From NCBI GenBank assembly GCA_964399615.1, contig CAYNTE010000002.1, positions 1 through 38,516 of the forward strand: a stretch of DNA of 38,516 nucleotides, in the 5' to 3' direction. A program made the position numbers and the translations under genes. Positions 9,005 through 16,080 of this stretch are shown here, piece by piece. The first letter of the stretch is position 1, and every line of letters begins with the position of its first letter. The DNA is from an uncultured Thermomicrobiales bacterium (GTDB lineage: Bacteria; Chloroflexota; Chloroflexia; Thermomicrobiales; CFX8). The notes beneath the pieces are model-generated. The model was given only the letters and a program-made list of their open reading frames with translations, was not told where the DNA came from and made no database searches.

Positions 9005-9887
9005 CATCCGCGCGCCCGCATCGAGCGCAAATCTCGGCCCCGGTTTTGATGCCCTGGCTATCGGGATCAATCTCTGGATGAGGGTCGATGTCTGGCCGCA
9101 GGACGGCACAGAGATCGTGGATGGCGGCTCGCCCGACCTGTACGGCGGCGAGAACCTGGTGCTGACTACGGCGCGAGATATTGCAACCGCGCGAGGCTGG
9201 TCGATGCGTGGTGCCAGAGTCTCCGTTGCAAGCGATATCCCGGTCGCTCGGGGTCTGGGGTCGTCGGCTGCGGCGATTGTCTGTGGCATCCAGTTAGCAG
9301 CGCAGCTTGCGGGACAGTCCATCTCGACCGCCGAGCTCATCACGATTGGCGGGGATATCGAGGGGCATGCCGACAACGTCTCGGCCGCGGTGCTTGGTGG
9401 CGTCACGGTCTCGGTACGAGGCGATGAGGGCTATCTGGCGCGGCGCCTGACGACGCCGATGCCGTGGTCGGTCGTGCTCTTCATACCTTCCGCGTTAGGG
9501 TTGACGGTCGAGGCGCGCAGTGTCTTGCCGAGCGAGATCTCGATTGAGGACGCCGTCTACAACATCGGCCGGTCAGCGCTGCTGGTGCAGGCCGTGATGA
9601 CGGGCGATCCAGAGGCCCTGCGACTGGCGATGCACGACCGCATCCACCAACCGCACCGTGCCTCGCTCTTTCCGCATCTTGGGGTGCTGGCCAGTGCCGC
9701 TGTGCAAGCGGGCGCGGCTGGTGCGTGCCTCTCCGGCGCTGGTCCGGCTATTCTGGCGTTGACGGATGGTGGCTCGACTAGCGCTGTGGCCGAGGCGATG
9801 CGCGAGGCAGCCGGCAAGCTTGGGGTCGAGGGCAACGTTGTGGAGCCAGGAATGGCCAAGCGAGGCTGCTACATCGTCCCGATATGA
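8994..9887 (+). CDS. thrB: Homoserine kinase
   Basis: GHMP-kinase motifs ANLGPGFD and PVARGLGSSAAAIV. Overlaps the thrC stop by 11 nt, consistent with translational coupling. Confidence 0.95.
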   Translation: MSFSIRAPASSANLGPGFDALAIGINLWMRVDVWPQDGTEIVDGGSPDLYGGENLVLTTARDIATARGWSMRGARVSVASDIPVARGLGSSAAAIVCGIQLAAQLAGQSISTAELITIGGDIEGHADNVSAAVLGGVTVSVRGDEGYLARRLTTPMPWSVVLFIPSALGLTVEARSVLPSEISIEDAVYNIGRSALLVQAVMTGDPEALRLAMHDRIHQPHRASLFPHLGVLASAAVQAGAAGACLSGAGPAILALTDGGSTSAVAEAMREAAGKLGVEGNVVEPGMAKRGCYIVPI

Positions 9888-10049
9888 TGAGTCATTTTGA
9901 GGTCGCACCACAGTGCGCTGTCTGCTAGACTCTGCAGGTGGCGCGAGTTGCGCCGGGAAAGTCAAATTCCCTTTCAGTGCTGCCGGACTCTTGCCAGCGC
10001 AGGTAAGAGCGGCACGAGCAGCACAACTCCATTGGAAGGAGATGCGCGC

Positions 10050-10634
10050 GTGCCACGTGCCGAGCGTACCCCCCGTAAATACGAAATGATGATCGTTGTA
10101 GCCCCCACAGTGGCCGATGAGGGTCTGCCAGCGGTAGTTGAGCGAGTTCAAGGCTATGTCACTGCCGTTGGTGGCAGTGTGGTGCGAGTCAACCCCGAGA
10201 ATCCATGGGGTCGCCGTCGTCTGGCCTACAAGATCCAGAATTTTGATCATGCCTACTACGTGCTCTATCACTTCCTCGCGCAGCCCTCGACCATCGGCGA
10301 GATCGAGCGCGAATTGGCGCTCGATAGTGTCGTGATCCGGCACCTCATCGTGCGGTACGATCCATTAGCCGAACGTGCTGACCGCTCGCCCTTCGATGCC
10401 CCCGAACCGGGCAGTGAAGAGGATGAGGTCGTCGACCAGGACAATGCCACCGACGCGGTGGACGAAGCCGAAGTCGAGGCCGACGCTGGTGCTGAGCAAG
10501 CAGAATCTGATGACGCTGCTGGCGCAGGCGAAGCGGACGAGACCGAAGAAGCTGCCGGTGAGGATGACGCTGAGGACGAGCCCGAAGCTGAATCCGACGA
10601 GGCGGCGGACGACGAAGACGAGCAAGCGGAATAG
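10050..10634 (+). CDS. rpsF: 30S ribosomal protein S6 with a long acidic C-terminal tail
   Basis: GTG 10050 is preceded by GGAAGGAG (10035-10042). The N-terminus ...RKYEMMIVVAP...RRRLAYKI...YYVLYHF is S6-like. The C-terminal roughly 90 residues are D/E/A-rich. The tracked start at 9897 was rejected. Confidence 0.9.
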   Translation: MPRAERTPRKYEMMIVVAPTVADEGLPAVVERVQGYVTAVGGSVVRVNPENPWGRRRLAYKIQNFDHAYYVLYHFLAQPSTIGEIERELALDSVVIRHLIVRYDPLAERADRSPFDAPEPGSEEDEVVDQDNATDAVDEAEVEADAGAEQAESDDAAGAGEADETEEAAGEDDAEDEPEAESDEAADDEDEQAE

Positions 10635-10685
10635 CACGGAGGCAACCAGGATCCGCCCATTGAGGTCAGCGTAAGGGAGCGCTTC

Positions 10686-11165
10686 ATGTCGCGAGGCTAT
10701 TGCAAGATCATCATCGTAGGGAACCTCGGAGCCGACCCCGAGATGCGGTACACGCCACAGGGTAATGCGGTGACCAATTTCTCGGTTGCTGTCAACTTGC
10801 CGCGTCGCGATGCTGCTTCAAATCAGATGGTGGATGACACAACCTGGTATCGCGTTTCAGTTTGGGGACGCCAGGCAGAAGTCGCCGATCAATATCTTCG
10901 CCGGGGCATGAAGGTGCTGGTCGAGGGTGAATTGCATCCCCGGCCCTTCACCGGTAACGATGGCCAGGAGCGCATGAGCATGGACATCAACTTCGCTCGC
11001 TTCCAAATGCTTGGCACACGCGAAGAGAACGATGCGCTGCGATCTGGCCAGGGCATTCAGGAGGGCGGAGGCGGCCAGGGCTACAGCAATCAGCAGCCGT
11101 CTCGCCGCAGCAATGACGATGATTATCAATTCGATGATGACGATATGGATGACGTGCCGTTCTAG
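10686..11165 (+). CDS. ssb: Single-stranded DNA-binding protein
   Basis: OB-fold N-terminus KIIIVGNLGADPEMRYTPQGNAVTNFSVAVN, a Gly/Gln-rich linker and an acidic tip DDDMDDVPF. Classic rpsF-ssb-rpsR context. Confidence 0.95.
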   Translation: MSRGYCKIIIVGNLGADPEMRYTPQGNAVTNFSVAVNLPRRDAASNQMVDDTTWYRVSVWGRQAEVADQYLRRGMKVLVEGELHPRPFTGNDGQERMSMDINFARFQMLGTREENDALRSGQGIQEGGGGQGYSNQQPSRRSNDDDYQFDDDDMDDVPF

Positions 11166-11197
11166 GCACACATCACCATTGATGAGGGAGTAAGTAC

Positions 11198-11512
11198 ATG
11201 GTTAATCGACGACGTGGAGGTGGCGGTGGCCGCCGGTTTGTGAGGCGACGGGTGGATGTGCTGTCGCAGGAGGGCATCGAGCACGTTGATTACAAAGACG
11301 TGAACATGCTGCGACAGTTCACCAGTGATCTTGGCAAGATCGAACCTCGCCGGCGCAATCAGGTGAGCGCCAAGCACCAGCGCTCGTTGACACTGGCGAT
11401 CAAGCGCGCCCGGCACCTGGCGTTGATCCCATTTGTTGATGATGGCCGGGGTCGCCAGCGCGACGGTGGGCGACGTGGTGGCCGTGGTGGCGGTGGCCGG
11501 CGCCCACGATAG
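11198..11512 (+). CDS. rpsR: 30S ribosomal protein S18 with Arg/Gly-rich N- and C-terminal extensions
   Basis: S18 core [49 protein letters not shown]. Tail [34 protein letters not shown] lies upstream. Confidence 0.95.
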   Translation: MVNRRRGGGGGRRFVRRRVDVLSQEGIEHVDYKDVNMLRQFTSDLGKIEPRRRNQVSAKHQRSLTLAIKRARHLALIPFVDDGRGRQRDGGRRGGRGGGGRRPR

Positions 11513-11594
11513 ATGGCAAGGATGGCCGCAAGCGCTTCGTGATGTTGCCCAGGTGGGGGTTGCATCCGCATGAGCAGGAGCAGGGTAACGTCGC

Positions 11595-13046
11595 ATGCTA
11601 GATCGATTGCGAAACTGGATAGGTCTGGATGGCGGGAATCGACGCCATCTGTCGCGCACGGAGCGAGAGTTCCGGCAGCGCCGGCTGCTCTACTTGCTCA
11701 CGATTGTCGCCGCTGTTGTGGTGGCATTGGTGCTTATCGGTGGCGCAGTCTACCAGTATATTCTCGTGCCGCGTCAGGTCTACGCAACGGTCAACGGGGA
11801 AGATATTCACCGTACCGACTACGAGAAGCGTCGCAAGTACGACATCATGCAGGAGATGGCGCGGCTCAGCCAGCAGATTCAGACATCGACTGACTCAACC
11901 CAGAATGCTTCGATGCAGCAGCAATTTGAGACGCTACAAACTGAGCTTCAGGAGCTCGATGACGGCGATAAGGTGATCGACGCCAACACGCTGAAGACGA
12001 TGGTCGAGGATCAGCTGGTGCTTCAGTCTCTCGATGATCTGGGTATCACCATTACCGACGACGACCTCTCCCTCTTCATCAATCAGATGCTTGTCTCGGT
12101 GCCCCTTACGGATCCATCGCCGACGGCAACGGTCCCTGCAACGGCGGCCGCCTGGGCCACGCAGACTACCGAGGAGTTCACCGAGCAATCCACCGCAACG
12201 ACGATTGCGCAATCAACAGCAGCGGAGGAAACTGCGGTCGCAGGCGGGACAGCCACGGCAGAAGCGCCGACCGCGACCCCTGGTGGCCCAACAGCAACGC
12301 CGGTTCCACCGACTTCGACCCCGGCGCCGACCGCGACACCTTCGCCGACGGCCACCGCGACGCTGGAGCCTGGCGCTCCGACGCCGACAGTGGACCCGAA
12401 CGCGCCAACGCCATTCCCCACACCCCAGCCAACGCCGACCGCCGACCGCGCGCTGGCGATTCAGACTGCCGAAGCAGGGTTCGATCTTCTGGATCGCAAC
12501 TTCCTGCAGCAGGCTGATATGAGCCGCAGCGATTTTGAAGAACTGGTTGCCTTGCCACTCCTGGCTCGTCAGAAAGTCAGCGAACAGCTGGCTTCGGAAG
12601 TTCAGACTACACAGGAGCAGGTCCGCGCATCTCACATTCTGGTGGCTACTGAGGAAGCGGCTCAGGAGCTGATCGATGGCCGGTTGCAGGACGAGGACTT
12701 TGCCACGGTCGCCGAAGAGGTAAGCACCGATACAGGTACGGCGCAGAACGGCGGTGATCTCGGCTGGTTCCCGCGCGGCGTCATGACCAAGCCGTTCGAG
12801 GACGTAGCCTTCTCGCTCGGCGTCGGCGAGATGACGCAGACACCGGTGCAAACAGAGTTCGGCTGGCACATCATCAAGGTGACGGATCACGCTGACGAGC
12901 GGCCACTTACACTGAGCATGATCAACTCGCTCAAGGCCAATGCCTTCTCGCGCTGGCTCGATGAGCAGTTCGAGGCGGCAGATATCTCGTCCGAGGTGAC
13001 ACTGCCGATCGATGAGCAACCCGTGATCAGAGGGACCAGCCAGTAG
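11595..13046 (+). CDS. Membrane-anchored peptidyl-prolyl cis-trans isomerase (parvulin/PpiC domain, SurA/PrsA-like)
   Basis: N-terminal TM helix LLYLLTIVAAVVVALVLIGGAVY. Pro/Thr/Ala-rich linker. Parvulin domain VRASHILV...GGDLGWF...FGWHIIKV. Confidence 0.85.
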   Translation: MLDRLRNWIGLDGGNRRHLSRTEREFRQRRLLYLLTIVAAVVVALVLIGGAVYQYILVPRQVYATVNGEDIHRTDYEKRRKYDIMQEMARLSQQIQTSTDSTQNASMQQQFETLQTELQELDDGDKVIDANTLKTMVEDQLVLQSLDDLGITITDDDLSLFINQMLVSVPLTDPSPTATVPATAAAWATQTTEEFTEQSTATTIAQSTAAEETAVAGGTATAEAPTATPGGPTATPVPPTSTPAPTATPSPTATATLEPGAPTPTVDPNAPTPFPTPQPTPTADRALAIQTAEAGFDLLDRNFLQQADMSRSDFEELVALPLLARQKVSEQLASEVQTTQEQVRASHILVATEEAAQELIDGRLQDEDFATVAEEVSTDTGTAQNGGDLGWFPRGVMTKPFEDVAFSLGVGEMTQTPVQTEFGWHIIKVTDHADERPLTLSMINSLKANAFSRWLDEQFEAADISSEVTLPIDEQPVIRGTSQ

Positions 13047-13104
13047 CGTCAGATCCGTCCGCAATCCAGGGCGTTCGCGGCCATGCCTTGAACTATCCGG
13101 CATA

Positions 13105-14226
13105 ATGGGCACCATGGATAGGCAACGACCTGAACCGAACCGGCCGGATCTGACCACAGAGCCTCCGCGAATCTACACGGATGGTGGGCAATCCTCGTCA
13201 CCAGGTGATCGATCGGCGTGGTCTGCTGAGCCTGGTCCCGGGGCACTCATCGGCCTCTTCATCATTGTTGCGGCAATGGTCACGCTGCTGCTTTCGATCT
13301 GGCGGATCAGCAACACAGATGGCGCTCAGCGTATCTTGTGGGTGATTGTGGTGCTGTTGACGGTTGCAATCGTTGGCGGGGTGGCCAGCGTGCTGGTCAC
13401 GGTCGCGAATCTACGCTATGAATTGCTTCCCGAGGCGTTGAAGATCCAGCTTGGACGGTCGAGCTGGCTGATCCCGTATACCCAGATCGTGGATCTGAGC
13501 TATCACCCGCACGAGCGTGTCTCAGTACGTGGGTATGAGCGCTTTTGGCCGGGCGCGCGGTTCGGCTTCGCTCAGACGAGCCACGGCCGCTGGCGCAATG
13601 CCGCGACGACTGCGCCAAACCGTCGCGTGCGGCTACAGCTGGATTCCGGCCTCGTGGCTGCGATCTCGCCAGAGCGTCCGATACAGTTCATGGATGCGTT
13701 GACGGAGCGATTGACGCTCGACCACGGAGCGCGCCAGCCTGCGGCTCCTCCTGAAGAACCGCGCGGTTTTCTGCGACCGCAGCAAGATCTGGGACCGGAC
13801 GATTCCGTCTTTCTTTCGGCTGGCTCGTGGGCATTGGACCGGCTGGAGGAACGGTTTGTACCGGTGGGTTTCTTCAGGAGACAGATACTGGCCGACCAGA
13901 TCATCTCGAATGCTATTGCACTTAGCCTGATCGTCTTTGCGATTGGCGGCGTCTTCGCGACGTATGCCGCAGATGGTGTCAAGGGGCCAACGGCCTACCA
14001 CTGGAATCCGGTCGGCGAACCTGACAGATTTTTGCGGTCCGAAGGTCCGTGGGTCTTCGAGGGTATCTGGCTCTATCCCGTGATGGGATTGCTTATCCTG
14101 GGGGTCAACCTTGCGCTGGCGACGTTGCTGGTCGAGACTGATAGGTTTCTCGCGCGGATGCTGGTTGGGGCGGCACCGGTGCTTTCGTTGCTTGCGCTGG
14201 TTGCAATGGTCCGGCTGGTGCAATGA
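13105..14226 (+). CDS. Hypothetical membrane protein (two N-terminal TM helices, bacterial PH-like domain, C-terminal DUF1648-like TM region)
   Basis: Hydrophobic helices ALIGLFIIVAAMVTLLLSIW and ILWVIVVLLTVAIVGGVASVLV are followed by LRYELLPEALKIQLGRSSWLIPYTQIVDL, a bPH-like pattern. The C-terminus has YHWNPVGEPDRF plus helices resembling DUF1648. Family assignments are from memory only. Confidence 0.55.
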   Translation: MGTMDRQRPEPNRPDLTTEPPRIYTDGGQSSSPGDRSAWSAEPGPGALIGLFIIVAAMVTLLLSIWRISNTDGAQRILWVIVVLLTVAIVGGVASVLVTVANLRYELLPEALKIQLGRSSWLIPYTQIVDLSYHPHERVSVRGYERFWPGARFGFAQTSHGRWRNAATTAPNRRVRLQLDSGLVAAISPERPIQFMDALTERLTLDHGARQPAAPPEEPRGFLRPQQDLGPDDSVFLSAGSWALDRLEERFVPVGFFRRQILADQIISNAIALSLIVFAIGGVFATYAADGVKGPTAYHWNPVGEPDRFLRSEGPWVFEGIWLYPVMGLLILGVNLALATLLVETDRFLARMLVGAAPVLSLLALVAMVRLVQ

Positions 14227-14330
14227 GGGCCGGCGCTTCTCGGCGCTGGCATAACGATCTGACATGCTATTATGAGAGTGACAGCAGAGATTGAATATCT
14301 CGCGGCTGCGGCGCGAATGCTGGGGGACGC

Positions 14331-15020
14331 ATGGCGAACTGGATAACGATCGGCCGCGTCGCACTGCTCTTTTTCGCGGTCGCACTGCTCTATACCGATA
14401 ATGCCGGGATCATTGTGCTGGCTGGTGTTCTGCTTGCCATTGTCTTTCTCGGCGATGCTGTCGACGGCTGGGTCGCTCGCTGGCAAGGATCGACCAGCAA
14501 GCTCGGTGCAGTGCTCGATATTGCTGGCGATCGCGTGGTCGAGAATGTCCTCTGGGTGGTCTTTGCTCATCTCAACGTCATCCCTGTCTGGGCGCCACTG
14601 ATCGTGCTGACACGGTCCTTTACGGTAGATTCCGTGCGGGCAGCCATGCTTGAGCGCGGACTCACGCCATTTGGCGATACGACGATGATGCGCTCGCCAG
14701 TGACGGCATTTCTGACGTCTAGTCGCGCTAGTCGTGCCTACTACGGGTGGTCGAAGGCGCTGGCGTTTGTGCTGCTTGCGGGCCTCTATGCCTGGCAAAT
14801 CGACAGCGACATGGTGCTGTCTTGGATCTACGATGTGGATCTCTTCCGTGGTTTGGTCTGGTTCCTGGTGTATTCTTCGCTTGCGATTTGTGTCATTCGT
14901 GGACTGCCAGTAATTTTTGACGCACTGGCGCATTTCCGGGAAGCAGAAGAACCGGAAGCTGAGGACCACAGCATGGAGCCCATGAAGGCGGAGCAGCCAG
15001 AGCGTGGACAGACGGTCTAA
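14331..15020 (+). CDS. CDP-alcohol phosphatidyltransferase (PgsA / phosphatidylinositol-phosphate synthase-like)
   Basis: Signature D-G-x2-A-R-x8-G-x3-D-x3-D is present as DAVDGWVARWQGSTSKLGAVLDIAGDRV. Multi-TM protein. RBS GGGGGA lies upstream. Confidence 0.85.
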   Translation: MANWITIGRVALLFFAVALLYTDNAGIIVLAGVLLAIVFLGDAVDGWVARWQGSTSKLGAVLDIAGDRVVENVLWVVFAHLNVIPVWAPLIVLTRSFTVDSVRAAMLERGLTPFGDTTMMRSPVTAFLTSSRASRAYYGWSKALAFVLLAGLYAWQIDSDMVLSWIYDVDLFRGLVWFLVYSSLAICVIRGLPVIFDALAHFREAEEPEAEDHSMEPMKAEQPERGQTV

Positions 15021-16071
15021 TCGCATCCGAACAAGTCAAGCCACCCCGCTGCGAAAGCTGGTGGTCCGGGCAACCATGCTGCTGGCGCGTGCGGCCAGCG
15101 CTGTGGCCTTCGTGACGCCTGTCTGGATCGGATATTTGGTGGCCGACGCGGTTGGGCACTGGATGTTCTGGCGGTTTGGCGGCTATCGCGAATCGGTCAT
15201 CAGCAACCTCAGCCACGTCTATCGAGACAGGCTCTCGGCTCGGGAGATTCGCCAGCGCGCTCGCTGGGTCTTCCGCGTTTCGGCACGAAATTTCTGGGAT
15301 CTCACGACGGTCCCCCACTTCAGCACGCGCCGCATGAGCCATTTACAGGAGGTGCTGGAGGGATCGTGGCAAACGCTCGAAGATCTGCTGGCCGAAGGGC
15401 GGGGGGTCATTGTCGTTACCGGCCATCTCGGCGCTTTCGACTTCGTCGGACAATATTTCATCGATCGATTCAAGCCGCTGGCCCTGACGGCACCGACGGT
15501 GAATGAGTCGCTCTTTACCGCGGTGACCAATCTGCGCTCAAGCCGCGGAGGACGGCTGGCGGTGGCTGGGCCGGATGCCTTGCGCAAGATCATCGCGGAG
15601 CTGAAGGATGGCGGCATGGTCGTGATGGTCGCTGATCGAGACTTCACGGACTCCGGGGCGCCAATCGATTTCTTTGGTACTCCGACACGGTTGCCATCTG
15701 GGCCGGTAAAGCTGGCCCGCCAGTTCGGCAGTCCGATCGTGCCAGTCTTTACCTACCGGCGAAACATCAAGACGCGCGAACGACGCTTTGGCTTCACGAT
15801 TGGTGAGCCGATCTGGGTGGAGAAGACGGCTAGCCGAGAGCATGATCTCGAAGCCGGCATGCGCCGCGTTGCCGCGGCATTGGAGCGCGCAATCCTCCGC
15901 TCTCCTGAGCAGTGGGTCATGTTCCAGTCGGTCTGGAAGCCGTCGCCCGCCGGTGCAGTTGGGACGGAGCCGCTGCCGGAGCCGGACGCCCAAACCGAAG
16001 TTGTGACATCCGGCGCGGCGCCGGCTGCGATCTCGTCGACGATACCGGTGGACGACCCGATCGAGGATTAA
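15004..16071 (+). CDS. Lysophospholipid/lipid A-type acyltransferase (HtrB/LpxL/PatA family)
   Basis: HX4D acyltransferase motif in VVTGHLGAFDFVG. The N-terminal hydrophobic segment and overall layout match the lauroyl/myristoyl acyltransferase family. Overlaps the upstream gene by 17 nt. An alternative start is ATG 15076. Confidence 0.78.
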   Translation: MDRRSNRIRTSQATPLRKLVVRATMLLARAASAVAFVTPVWIGYLVADAVGHWMFWRFGGYRESVISNLSHVYRDRLSAREIRQRARWVFRVSARNFWDLTTVPHFSTRRMSHLQEVLEGSWQTLEDLLAEGRGVIVVTGHLGAFDFVGQYFIDRFKPLALTAPTVNESLFTAVTNLRSSRGGRLAVAGPDALRKIIAELKDGGMVVMVADRDFTDSGAPIDFFGTPTRLPSGPVKLARQFGSPIVPVFTYRRNIKTRERRFGFTIGEPIWVEKTASREHDLEAGMRRVAAALERAILRSPEQWVMFQSVWKPSPAGAVGTEPLPEPDAQTEVVTSGAAPAAISSTIPVDDPIED

Positions 16072-16080
16072 TCCTCGCCC

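Noticed and set aside
9897-10049. Upstream start for rpsF, and a possible S6:S18-binding leader structure
   Set aside because: The extension is Arg/Cys/Ser-rich and not S6-like. I could not confidently identify the rpsF-leader motif by eye, so it is left as untested. It could be checked by cmsearch with the Rfam S6/rpsF ribosomal-protein leader model on this interval.
9573-10343. 256-aa minus-strand ORF spanning the thrB end and the rpsF start
   Set aside because: It is antisense to two well-supported genes and crosses their intergenic region, so it is a typical GC-rich shadow ORF. The same reasoning applies to 12213-13157, 14073-15026, 26508-27218 and 30261-31157.
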